Assembly: GCA_022813865.1 (NCBI GenBank)
Contig: JALDZX010000049.1
Span: forward strand, 1 to 64,000
Origin: Xylographa opegraphella
Lineage: Eukaryota
Length of the DNA: 64,000 nucleotides
Direction of reading: 5' to 3'
The notes under the pieces are model-generated. The model was not told where the DNA came from. It saw nothing but the letters and a program-made list of their open reading frames with translations, and did no database searches. This document shows positions 40,281 to 52,844 of this stretch, one piece after another (position 1 is the stretch's first letter; every line of letters begins with the position of its first letter). The position numbers and the translations under genes were made by a program.

Positions 40281-40953
40281 CTAGGATAGGTCGGTCATGC
40301 CATCTTTGGAACCTCGTCTGTCCATGTCAATATCGGGATCTGATTGGCCTGTGGACGCAAATCCCGCAGTGCGAATTTCCTCAACCAGATCACGAGCCTG
40401 TTCCCATAGTTCAGCCTCCATTTGCTTACCCACCTTGTCGTTACGACTGTTGAGCCATCCGATGTCAAGATTTCCCAAGCCACTACTCTGAGTACTGGCC
40501 CTTTCCTTGCTTGTTTGAGAAGGATTCCCGGGTACGCCATGATCTCCTTGGGACTCTTTGGTTGCTGATTCAGCAGGGATAATGTTTGCCTCTTCCAAAG
40601 CGTAGACTTGACGGCGCAGGCGGACATCTATAGACGACAGCATACTGAAGTACTGTGAGGTAGCGGCTGTAAAGGATGACTTCTGCTGTTCAACAGAAGT
40701 GGACTTTTCAACGGCATCTAATGATGTCCGACCTGTAAGAGCTTTGATTGCCAAGCCAGCGGAATGTAACAACTTGGTGACATCCTGATGTGAATGAATC
40801 AGCATGTGTTGAATTATTCAGCAGGATTTGGAATAATTCTACTCTATCTATATCGTTCAATTGATTGATCCGGTCGGCACTCGTGAATGGTGAAGTGTTT
40901 GTTGTTTGTGTGGTTTTGCCTCCGAGTAGCTGAGACATGCCCAGCGATGCCAT
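40281..40953 (-). CDS. MED11: Mediator subunit 11 (2 exons; start 40953 or 40938)
   Basis: DRINQLNDIDR-DVTKLLHSAGLAIKAL, LSSIDVRLRRQVYALEEA, LGNLDIGWLNSRNDKVG. Confidence 0.85.
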
Positions 40954-41247
40954 GCCCCTCCAGCGGGAGCAGATCGATCTCAACCACCAGAGGGTTGAAG
41001 CTCAGTCGAAGAGTTTGTCCACTGCTGTCATGCGTTGTGAAAATAGAGTGTGAGTAACTCCAGCCTTGCAGGGTTCCCCAGATTCAATTCGTGCCATAAG
41101 GCGGCGCCAACGACTAGCGGCATATCAGATTCGACGACACAAAGGCTGGCGTACGACGACCTCACGGACGTCCACCACCAATCTTTCTGTGTCCACCCGA
41201 TGTGGATCTCTTAGCATAGCCGTCTGAGTCTATGGTTGCTGTTCGCA

Positions 41248-44200
41248 ATGTCTGGACAACCTCCTGTTAGTGCGGGCTCATCGGCCCCAAGGTCCACGAC
41301 AAACGGTACTGTGAACGGAGCAATCGGGATGTCAGGCGTCTCCCGGCCTTCTGAAGGTGGTGTGGGAAGCGGTGGCAATCAGGGCCAGAACATGTCACAG
41401 CAGAACTTGAACCAAATCGTAAGTTATGGAGACTGTGGATTTCTCATGCTCCGAGATATTTTTGTTAGTCAACCGTTATGTATATGGGTCCCGTGACACG
41501 GAGAGAAGCACCTGTCCCAACCACGCGAAGTATCTTATCAAAATCCAAGACTTCTTCCCCAGAATCAAAGGTCGAGGACGGATTTGCCATTCATGTCTTT
41601 AGACTTACTTACTTTCTGATTTATCTTCTGGGACCGTCAGACATGGTCATACGACGGCGGAGTCGTGCAGGGCGAAGTCTCTTCTAGAGATTCATGTTGA
41701 AAGAATATCTAAAGCCCGTGCCAGTAACTGTCCTTGGACGGTACACGTGTTCTTGCGGAATGCCTAAGAAGTAGCAGCCAAATGAAAGTGTTGGGGCAGT
41801 ACTCATTTCACCGTTCCCAATTACTGCCGTAGGGTCTTCGGGCATGGTCCGCTGAAGCTAGGACGTGCTGCAGTACTCTCAACGTCAATCGAGTGAAATT
41901 ACCAAACCTCAGTTGTTGCCTGTTTCTTCCCTCAACATCTTCGACAATCATTCGTCAACGATTTCAATACTCATAGCTTGACTCTTTGTTACTTTTTCTC
42001 AAATTACTGCAAGATGCCGGAGCTAATACATCCACGCGTTCGAAAACAGGTGATCGAGTATCTTTCAAAGAAAGGTTACAACCGCACTGAAGCCATGCTT
42101 CGTAATGAATCAGCAACCCAAGATGCAGAGGGCAAGCCACTCACTTCAAGGGTCGAGGATAATGGTGGCTCCAAATATGGCAAGGGACTTGGTTCGTATG
42201 GGCGATCGTAGTAAGGTGTCGCTCACTAATTTCTTTCCAGAACTCACCCGTGTTTGGATCGAAGGAAATCTAGATATCTACAAGGTTAATTCTCTAAGTA
42301 CCAGTCCTTTAGGTATTCCAATGCTAATTTCAAAAGCCCGAACTTCGGCGCTTGTTGTGGCCACTCTTTGTGTACTCCTTTCTTAATGTCGTCTCTGAAT
42401 ATTACATCCAAGAAGCCGGTAATTTCTTCAACGCCTTCAAAGGCTACTTCGAAGACGAACATTCAAACGACCTACGCCTCCTGCAACCCATTGCGCTGCC
42501 CGAGCATGTTATCAACTCCGAGATTGCTAAGATATATCGTGGTAACAAATACCGTCTCAGTCTCAGCTCTGTAGCATTCTTCAACTTAATCCAGTTTCTG
42601 GAGAGCAACGATAAGCTTGGCGGCTCGGTGATGGTCATGATTCTCCAAACGCATATGAACATCGTTACGGTAGAACGAGCTGCCGATGAATCATATAGTC
42701 TTGCTAGGATGCTAGGCCGTGCTAAGGAACCAGAGAGCTTCCCAGCCGAAGATGAAGGCATTCCCGGTCACAACGCTGGGTCAGCCAACATCGATCGACA
42801 CACAACTGCAAATATTTTAACAAGACTAAAGCTCGGACCATTACCTATGGAGCAAGAAATGCTTGAAGATGTGCAAGCAGAACTGGAGGAAGAAGATGCA
42901 AAGAATCCGCCAGCAGAAGGACAAAGCTCACTCGTCCAGGAGTTTGAACAACTTATCAAGCGTGAAGAAAGTGAAGATGCGCCTGCACGAGCTGACATAC
43001 CCCTTCCACCGTCGAAAGTGCGAGATGTTGCATTAGAGGTTCAGAAGGTCAAAGAAAATCGAGATCGCTTCAAGATTGAAGGTCGTACTGGTGGAGTAGG
43101 TCCAGCTGTGAGCGTGGTGATGTTCACTTTTCACAATACATATGACGGGTAAGCAAGCAACAGTCATTGCTGAGAAGCACCCAGTACGGTTGCTGATGTT
43201 CTTAGAATCAATTGCATTGACGTTTCAGGCGACAATCTTCTGATTGCAGCAGGGATGGCAGATCACTACATCCAAGTGTGGAGTCTGAAGGGCGAGGCTC
43301 TCGAGTCTGCCTTTCCAAATGTCCCACCCGAAGCTTCTCGTAAACTTATTGGACACTCCGGCCCAGTGTACGCTGTTTCATTTTCTCCGGGAATTGCTGG
43401 ACCCAGCCAAGCAAGCACTGGATACTCGCAAGTACCATCTACGAACCCACAGCACCTCTTGTCATGCTCCATGGACAAGACTATCCGTCTCTGGGATCTT
43501 GAAATGTGGACATGCTTAGTCGTCTACAAAGGTCACGACGGGCCAGTATGGGATATCCAATGGGGACCTCACGGTCACTACTTCATGACAGGCTCTCGTG
43601 ATCGAACGGCTCGTCTTTGGAGCCAAGACCAGATTGCATTCCTACGCTTGTTCGCGGGCCATGAACAAGACGTCGACTGTGTGGCATTCCATCCGAATAG
43701 CGCCTACGTCTTCACTGGGAGCTCCGACAAGAATGTACGGATGTGGCAAGTGACCAACGGGGTACCCGTCCGCCTCTTCACTGGCCATACCGGCAATGTA
43801 ACATCTCTAGCGTGCAGCCCATCTGGGAAGATCCTGGCTTCCGCCGACGATCAAGGCACGATCATCCTGTGGGACCTTGGGCCTGGCAAACTCCTCAAGC
43901 GTATGCGTGGACACGGCAGAGGCGGCATCTGGTCGTTGAGCTGGAGCGCCGAATCCAGCGTGATTGTATCCGGCGGCATGGACGGCACGGTCCGGGTCTG
44001 GGACGTTGCGGAGCCGGGGAATGCTGCCGGTCAAGGCAAGATCATTGGAGAAGGGGGCGCGGGGACGAAGATCGACGGCGGTGCCTCAGCCGCGCAAGGG
44101 AGCGCTGGGACAGGGTCGAAGAAGAAGGGGAAGGAGACGGTCGTGACTCCGGACCAGATCAGTGCTTTCCCGACCAAGAAGAGCCCGGTGTACAAGGTCA

Positions 44201-44250
44201 AGTTCACGAGGATGAATCTCGTGGTTGCCAGTGGGATATACACGCCTTGA
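41248..44250 (+). CDS. TAF5: TFIID/SAGA subunit TAF5, 5 exons (intron 1 = 41419-42049)
   Basis: LisH QNLNQI-VIEYLSKKGYNRTEAMLRNE, TFIID NTD2 LLWPLFVYSFL, WD40 repeats, FPTKKSPVYKVKFTRMNL. Confidence 0.95.
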
Positions 44251-44582
44251 ACTATTGGCTCCGAGGCGAGCATGGACGGCGTTGATCTGGACGGTGGAAA
44301 TACCCATTGAGATTTGCCATGGATAGGCTAGCAGAGTCGGGCAATGCCGGATAGCATGTACTTGGATTTCTCATCCAATGTCACTACATTTTACCAAGTC
44401 ACCCTCGCGGACTTTATCGTGTTTTGGATTGAGTGAGTCGAATGGGTGAGTACAATGAGTGAGCGGAATAAGTAGAGATAGCCAGCTGAGCTTCCACCAT
44501 GCTCTGGCACGAGAAGTTTCACCTTTAGAAGGATCTGCTCTCACTGCCCCCCTTACGGTATCCGGTCAAATCGTACCGCATC

Positions 44583-45488
44583 TCAACTCTTCGCCGCTCC
44601 GTCATCCTCCTTTTCTCTTCTCTCCAGAATCTCATCCACGATCCCCATTTCCAGCGCCTCCTGCGCCCCCATAAACTTGTCCCTCTCCATTAACCTTTCG
44701 ATCGCCTCCAAACTCCACTCCTTGGTCAGATGCCTCTTGTAAATCCCGTTCAACTGCTCCCTCACCCGGAGAATCTCTTTTGCGTGGATCGCGATATCAC
44801 TCGCTTGCCCAAAGTAGCCGCCGCTCGGCTGGTGCACCATGATGCTGCTGTGCGGTAGAGCGTAGCGCTTACCCTTGGCGCCGCCGCAGAGGAGCAAGGA
44901 ACCCATGGATGCTGCTTGCCCGACACAGATGGTGGTGACAGGCGAAGCGATGTAAGTCATGGTATCGTAGATGGCGAGGCCCGCGGTGACCGAGCCGCCG
45001 GGGCTGTTGATGTAAAGAGAGATGGGCTTGGAAGGGGCGTCGGCTTCGAGGAAGAGCAGCTGCGCCACGATGGCTGCGGAAACGGTCTCGTCGACTTCGC
45101 CGTTCAGACAGATGATACGTTCCTATGGACAGAGGGTGTTTTAGCGGCCGAGCACACGGACGGGGGTGGGTCGGGGGTAAGGAGGATACCTTGAGAAGGC
45201 GAGAGAAGATGTCATCTGCCGTAGATGTTTAGCAATGTCGTTCGGTAACTAAGGAAAGTGGTACTGCGTACAAGTATGCCAGCCACCTCCCTGGAGAGGT
45301 CAGTAAAACGCGCGCCGCGTGGGTGAAGCGGAGGTGCGGCATACTATAGTCTCGGTCACGTAGGGAGTGGGCGTCCACGACCGCGACGGTTGTGGGGTCG
45401 GAGCGCCTGAGAAGGCCCTCCATCCGAGTCTCGACGCATTGTAGAGAGCGGCGGAGCTGAGCGGCCGTTTCGGTGCCAGGCCAAGCAT
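44583..45488 (-). CDS. clpP: Mitochondrial Clp protease proteolytic subunit, 4 exons including two micro-exons
   Basis: [43 protein letters not shown] (catalytic Ser), [15 protein letters not shown]. Confidence 0.95.
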
Positions 45489-45647
45489 GGTTGTCTCCGG
45501 AAAGAAATGCAAGAGCGAGGGGCGAAAAGCTCGGAAGAACGCTCATCACCGGGTAGGATATCCTATCCTATTCATATATCCCAACCGATTACAAACGTTC
45601 GAACATTACATGTAGCCATTTGTGCCGCATCTCACACAGCGCAGCTG

Positions 45648-47102
45648 ATGATAAAGGGAAAGCAGGGCCTGCGTGAGACATTCCGGCCTCCTGTAAAGCT
45701 ACGGAAACGGGGCGGCAAGCTCCTAGTTCGGCAAGTCAAGTCCACACCCCCGCTGATCAGATCGTATGAGCTGGAAGAAAATTACCTGAAAGGAGAGCCA
45801 GTTTACAAGCGCTTCCCCACCAACGACGATCTCTTCGGTGTCTTGCAAGACGTTCAAGCAGAGCTCTTCTTAGCCAACCGAGATTATCCAGCAGACGATC
45901 CCTATAATGGAACCACCAAGGCTTCGCGCAGCCCCTCAGCGCCGAAAGCGTTACCGCTGTCTCCGTTAATGAACTCCAAGCTGCTGGCAGCTCGACGGCG
46001 ATATACCAAAACGAAGCCACCGCCCGGCAAGGAACTTTCGGATTTTCAGAGCCTCCTCGAGAGGAATCCGTACGGTAAGCCGAAGGGATGAAGTCAAAGA
46101 AGCGGCATTCCGCTGATAAGCTCCGCAGCTACAATCCTCGCTTCACCCGTCCGGACGTGTATACTCACCGGAGTACGGCTACCCTGTTCACTCTTCCAAC
46201 CATTCACTATCCAACATCACCCCCGTACTCGAGCGCCGTGGTTTGTGCCTAAGGGGTTCGAGTACCTTGTCGTCCCAGGTACAGCTTCGACGACGCCTTT
46301 TTTGCCGCCCCGATCACACTCCAAGGTCGAAGAACCCCATCGCTCAAATACCGAATCTCCCACCTCCTCCACACAAGGATCCGCTTCCGAGCCTCCAGAA
46401 TTGCTCCCCATCCGCACCGTTCGCTCATTTGTACCCGCATCCCCATTGTCCACCAGCCTGCCTTCCGTCAATTCCACCGCCTACCTAACCAAGCAGTCTG
46501 CTGCCCTGGCTCATATTGCTTCTCTCAAGCCGCGATCCCTGTACCGTATCCTTCCTTTCCGCTGGAAGACGCATTTCGGCGTCTCACTCAAGTCCACCAT
46601 CTGCCGGGAAGACCTCTCCGAGTTCGTGCTCATACACTTGCGCAAGCGTGTGATCCACCAAATTCTCGCACTTTGCGATGAGGATTTCTCGTACTTTGCC
46701 GCATATTCGAAAGTCGCAGGGGGCGGGTCGCCCCAAATGGGAGCCGTGCTGTGGGGAGGGGCGCCGCGGCAAGGACACGAGAACAGTAGCGAGCGAGAGC
46801 CGGAGGCTTATATGATGGTACCAGTGCCGGGAACGAACAGGACGGTCCCAATGTACAATCTCCGGGTGCTCGTGGGAATAGACGGGCTGCGCGAGCTGGA
46901 CAACAGGAAAGGGGGGTTCTGGCGTGGAAGTGAGATGGTAGGCGTGAAGGCGCAAGGGAAGGCGATCGAGCTACTGGTAGAGTTGTGGCAGATATTGCTT
47001 AGCATTCGAGGGGAGGGGAAAGGCTTGAGGAAGTGGAAGGTGAGGGAGGGACGGAAGGCGGTTGGGTTTGAGGCTGAAGGAGACGATGGAGAGGGATGGT
47101 AG
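45648..47102 (+). CDS. Conserved fungal hypothetical protein, possibly RRG8-like (intron ~46075-46128)
   Basis: Splicing gives LERNPY-ATILASPVRTCILTGVRLP, a motif resembling RRG8-like proteins (from memory). Frame continues to 47102. Confidence 0.65.
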
Positions 47103-47568
47103 AAACGTGTACGTTGGTCCCTGGCACATTTGTGGTTGGTCCGGCCTCCAGCGACATAGCTGTACATCTCATGCCTTGGTTCAGAAGCACTGCCCTGCTC
47201 ATGTACACCGCACTCATCGAGGATGATTGCGATGTCCATTGAATTCCGCTCCTTGACAGGCCTTTCCACGCAAGAGGGCGCTTCAAGTGTCAAGTTTCGT
47301 CGCAAAGGTGTCTTTGAGAGAATTTATTTTGCAGTACTATATACCAGCTATTCCCGCTCAGCAATCTCACTCCACTGGACTCATGCTCCACCACATCCTC
47401 AGGAACCTGCACTAGTAGCCCCCAGTTCCTGTAGTGTCTCTCGTGCCCCAGCGCGTTCGATTGGGGGAATTTCTATGATTGTTGACATCTCATGGACTTC
47501 ATGCCCTCTTGCCGGGCCCGGCACCAGCGCGCCAGCTGCTAGCTCCTGTGGCGGAGCCCTCCAGGCTC

Positions 47569-49002
47569 TCAGTTCTTTACCGCAAAGTTTGTCTGTTCAA
47601 ATGGATTTCTATCAGCCTCAGGTAACGTCCCATTCATGAACACGGCGGCACAGCCTGAGAATTCCTGGTGCGTCCATTGCGCCTCGACGTCTCGTTGGCC
47701 CATCTCTCCAATCTCCGTTACAAAGTCGCTCCTGTCTCCTTGCATCCTACCAGCATTTTCGGACATCAAGCCAACATTGCTGTTGGCGCGAAATATGAAT
47801 GTGGAATGGGAAGATTTCCGGGACGTAGACTTGCCAGGCCGGTTAAGAGGAATGCTTGTTCTGACATGACTTTTGAGCGAGTTTAGAGAACGGTTGAACC
47901 GGTAGGCGCGGAGCCAGAATGGCGATATCGCGGGAAGGCAGGCGCAAATTATGCCTATGTTCGCTTCGATGCAGAACCAGATATAGAAGGTAACCTGTTA
48001 AATCTGATCGGGAGGGTCATTAGCCGACAGCTCGTAGCAGTAAGATCTGAGCATCATACGAGACAAATTGACCTGCGTGGATGGATGACCGTCGAGAACA
48101 ACGTAGACGAAAGACATAGTCCCTGCGAGACAGGTGCTGGAACTCCAGGTCAATAGAGAATTTGACTGTGGAGACACGAGACCTACAAGCTTCCCAATAA
48201 GAATATGGCCAGGAGCTGTATCTTCTTTTCCTTGGTGACTTGTAGTCTCAAGATCATAGGCCATGGCATCACCAAGATGAACACGTCTGAGAAAACGTTT
48301 GCTGCTGATAGTATATCGTACATGGCACCTTCGGCAATGCATGACCCTTCCGCTGTCCAATTGGCCGCGATAGGAGTACACTGAAATATCGTTGCGAACT
48401 CAACTGAGATCAAGCAAATGAGGATGAATATCCCAATGCAGTATTGTAGTATGAGAAAACAACGGTCGGGGAAAAGTCGTTTATAGAACAACAAGATAGA
48501 GAACTTTATTGTAGGGAGAGCGGCAGGGTAGACAATAGCCACAGCATAGGTGATCTACATTGCAGACACGATTAGATTTGCTTCCCGGCAATATAGATCT
48601 TCGAGCATACTTTGGCCAACGTAGTGGCTTCAACCGCAATCAACGCCAGACTTGGACCGCCTACTCCGCCACAGATAGCGCCTGGAGATTTAGTGGACCA
48701 TGCTTTTGCTTACGCCCGAAATCGGATGACATACCAACGATACACAGGACACAGAGCGTGATACTAATGAACTAAGGTTGATCTCAGTATTGAGAAGCCC
48801 AAGGGCCTCAAGGGAATGAATATACCAGAGCAGGCAGTATGATCTAGTCATCAGCTTTCACCGAAATTGAAAACTTCCTTCTTGTGATAAAGCGAAGCGC
48901 AACAGTAAGAGTAGCAAATGTGGGAAACAGAACACAAACCACAATCAACGACACTGTCAAGGACGCGAACCTGGGGGGTTTGGAGGTAGAAGAACCGTCC
49001 AT
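47569..49002 (-). pseudogene. PTH11-like (rhodopsin-domain, no CFEM) integral membrane protein with an in-frame TAG and a probable frameshift
   Basis: VALRFITR..ADD*IIL, IKFSILLFYKRLF, IFQCTPIAANW, SDVFILVMPWPMILRLQV, WFCIEANIGIICACLP across ~6 exons. TAG at 48844-48846. Confidence 0.75.
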
Positions 49003-49764
49003 ATTAGGCTGGTTCAGTACCAAGGCGATGATTCCACACCAGGAGGTTCGATCAAGCGGACCATGGGGATGTCCCCAGGTATTTCAATGAAAGCAGCACA
49101 CCGAAGTTAATTGCCTCTGCCGATACAAGTCGAATCTGGCACCATCGCACCGCAGGCCAGTGTGGTGCCAGAGAAAGCTTCCACTGCTCATTTCACCCGA
49201 CGAAGGAGCCAGTAAACGTGCAGGGTGGACACAACATCGTTCCAAACCGGTCAGGACCAATGTGCGATCCGCACTTCGCAAGCCGCATCTGGGGAGCAAC
49301 AGTCACCTATCGAGCACAAAGCCTCTGCTTCGCAAGTGTGGACAATGAGATGAGCTGACGTTGGACGGGTACGAGTGTGGACCGACATGATCGGAGATGT
49401 TCGGCGGATCCACGTTCAGCCGGAAAGTGCCACTAGAGTCAGATTAGGGATTAACTACGAGGCCGTGTAATTCGTACCGTAGATAAAGACGGTAAGGTAA
49501 GGTATATAAGGTAAGGATCTCATGTCAGAAATCACACTTTCACTGGATCGGTCGTTGTCAACGCTTTTTTGGATTCTTCGAGAACCTAACACTCCGATCC
49601 GCCATGCACACACTAATTAACATGCCCATATTGCTCCCGTCCTAGCCTGTGGAACAGATGACCTCAGTAAAAGTCTACAAACAAGGTGGTATTAGAAGAC
49701 GGCCGCTGCAAGAAAGCTGAAGAAGCGAAATGCATTACACATGACAAGCAACTTCGCCGCCCGT

Positions 49765-51939
49765 TTAGTCAACCTCCTCCATAGCACTCTCACCCGCACC
49801 CGCACCCGCAGCCGGAGCCGCAGCCTCCTCCTCAGCTGTCTCCTCGGTCGTCTCGGCCTCCTCGTCGACATTGAGGCCCAACGATACGAGCTTGTGGATG
49901 CGTTCCGCGAAGCCTGCGGGTTCGTCGATCGTGAAGCCCGAGACGAGCAGCGATGTCTCGAAGAGCAATTGCGTGATGGACTTGACGGTACGGTCGTTCT
50001 CACCGTCAGCCTCCACCTTCTTCTTGAGCTCCTTGATGATAGGGGACTTCGGCGAGATCTCAAACGTCTTCTTGGACGACATGTAGGAGCTCATGGAGGT
50101 GTCACGGAGAGCCTGGGCCTTCATGATACGCTCCATGTTGGCGGACCAACCGAATTGTCCGGTACGGATCGCACACGGCGCACCCACGAGCTTGTGGCTG
50201 ACGATGACCTTCTCCACCTTATCACCGAGAACGTTCTTGAGAGCCTTTGCCAGGCCCTCGAATTCCTTCTCCTCCAATTCACGCTCCTTCTTCTCCTCGT
50301 CGGTCTCTTCGAGCTCGAAGTCCTTGGTGATATCTACCAGCTTCTTACCATCGAATTCCTTGAGCTGAGTCATGGCATACTCGTCGATAGGGTCGACCAA
50401 GAAGAGCACTTCGAAATCCTTCTGCTTTAGAGAGTCGAGGAAAGGTGACTTCTGAACCGCCTTGAGGGACTCGCCGGTAATGTAGTACATGTTCTTTTGG
50501 TGCTCAGGCATGCGAGTGATGTAGTCCGTCAGCGAAGTAGTCTCATCACCAGATTTGGTAGAGCTAAAGCGGAGCAGCTTGGCAAGCGCTTGGCGATTTT
50601 GGGAGTCTTCGTGAATACCAAGCTTGATATTCTTGCTGAATGCAGTGTAGAACTTGTCGAATTGCTCACGGTCTTCGGCGATCTCGTTGAATAACTCGAG
50701 GGTCTTCTTCACAATGTTCTTCTTGATGACCTTCATGATCTTGTTCTGCTGGAGAGTCTCACGAGACAAATTCAGAGGAAGATCTTCAGAGTCAACAACA
50801 CCCTTGACGAAGCTGAGCCATTCCGGGATGAGGTCGGTGGCATCATCAGTGATGAAGACACGGCGAACGTAGAGTTTGATGTTGTTCTTAGTCTTCTTTG
50901 TCTCGAAAAGATCGAATGGTGCACGCTTAGGCACGAAGAGGATGGCGCGGAACTCGAGTTGACCCTCGACGGAGAAGTGTTTGACGGCAAGGTGGTCTTC
51001 CCAGTCGTTGGAGAGGGATTTGTAGAATGAACCGTATTCCTCCGCAGTAATGTCTGATGGGTTCCTGGTCCAGATTGGCTTAGTCTTGTTGAGCTCTTCC
51101 TCCTCGATCTTGCTCTCCTTGACTTTCTTAGTCTTCTTCTTCTTTTCCTTTTCTTCCTCCTCGTCGTCATCTACTTCTTCGATCTTGGCCTTCTTTTCCT
51201 CGTCTGCTTCTTCGGTTTCTTCTGCATCCTCATCGGGAACCTCCTTCTCAGTTTCCTTGAGAACATGGAGAAAGATGGGATACGAAATGAACTCGGAATG
51301 TTTCTTGACGACTTCCTTAATTTTGCTCTCGTTCAAGTAGTCGGTCTGCTCATCCTTGAGGTATAGAATGATCTTGGTTCCACGACCAAGCTGCTCGCCT
51401 TCCTCGTCTTGAGTCAAGGTGAAAGTACCACCAGCACTAGACTCCCAGATGTATTGCTCGTCGTCGTTGTGCTTCGATACAACGGTAACCTTGTCGGCCA
51501 CGAGGTACGCTGAGTAGAAACCAACACCGAATTGACCGATCATAGAAATGTCAGCACCAGCCGTAAGAGCTTCCATGAACTGTTTTGTTCCTGAGCGAGC
51601 GATGGTACCGAGGTTGTTGACGAGATCCTTTCAAAGCATCAGAGAGTAGTTTTGGTGATGACGGGATTGAGTACTTACGGCCTTGGTCATGCCAATACCA
51701 GTATCACGGATGGTTAGAGTTTTGTTAACTTTATCGGGGATGATGTGTATCTGCAAGTCCTTGCCTGTGTCGAGCTTGCTTGGATCTGAAAGTGCCTCAT
51801 AGCGAATCTTGTCGAGAGCATCGGAGCAGTTCGAGATGAGTTCACGCAGGAAGATCTCCTTGTTGGTGTATACAGTGTTGATGATTAAGGAGAGCAGCTG
51901 AGAAATCTCGGCCTGGAACTCGAAAGTCTCACCAGCCAT
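49765..51939 (-). CDS. HSP90: Cytosolic Hsp90 (one coding intron ~51628-51678)
   Basis: [49 protein letters not shown]-terminal MEEVD. Confidence 0.99.
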
Positions 51940-51954
51940 GGTTGTAGCGATTGC

Positions 51955-52122
51955 CTGTGAAAGCTATGAAAGTATGATCAGCAGCTGGAATGAAGAATGC
52001 AGATATGAGATGTACAGAAAACTCGGTATTAGTAGTGTCAACCGTGAGCTTCAGACTACTTTCTACGAGGCTAGTATAAACCAAGAGTCGGGTGCGCAGA
52101 GCAAAATGGGCTTGACACTTAC
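51955..52122 (-). other. Predicted 5'-UTR intron of HSP90
   Basis: GTAAGT donor at 52122, GCTGAT branch-like site, and CACAG acceptor 15 nt before the ATG. Confidence 0.7.
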
Positions 52123-52270
52123 TGTGTGATGAGGGTGATCGAGAGAGCTTTCTGTCTAGAGTGGTATGAATGATTGATGATAGAGAGAAATCCACCAGGA
52201 TTTTGGTTTACAGTGAGAAGTGTAGAAGTGTAGAAGTGAAAGAAGTTTGAGCGCAACAGGAGCTAGCAGA

Positions 52271-52320
52271 ACTTATAATAATTTCCTGCGAAGCTGGAAG
52301 AAGCTTCTAGATTTAGAACG
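52271..52320 (-). promoter_or_regulatory. HSP90 core promoter: TATA-like box and heat-shock element
   Basis: TATTATAAG on the minus strand (52272-52280), next to aGAAgcTTCtaGAt (52299-52312) with further nGAAn units nearby. Confidence 0.7.
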
Positions 52321-52844
52321 CTTTGTGTTATGGATACACCCTGTCATAGCAATTCACTCTCCCCCCACTATTCTGCTTTGCTAAGTTAATTTGGCGGCCG
52401 GTTGGCTGGGAGAACATGCACGCTAACGCTCATTCACGGGCGGACGAGGTGAGAGGGTGGAAGTAGTACTGTTGGAGTGAGAATAACCAAATTTGTCATG
52501 CCCCTTTTTCAAACAACACCTAGCACAACAGCATCCCACAAACGTCTTGTGTTGACGATGAAGATATGCGGCTAGAAGCGGTTGGCTGTGATCACGGAGA
52601 CCTTGTCCTTGGATACGAGCTTCGGACACTTGGTTGCTGATGGCTTCACCTTCGCCTTGATTGCTGCACAAAACCTCACTAAACAGCTCTCGTTGAATCC
52701 GCCTTTGATGGACTATGTAAAACGTGGCGCAACTCCACCCGCAAGAACTATGGTATCTCGATCAAAACACCTATAAATGCCGGTACCCAAGACACTCAGC
52801 TTCAACATGTCACATCAACCTCATATAATTGTCATATAGCGTTT

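Noticed and set aside
49741..50430. 229-aa antisense ORF over HSP90
   Set aside because: Expected by-product of strong codon bias in highly expressed chaperone genes; no independent support
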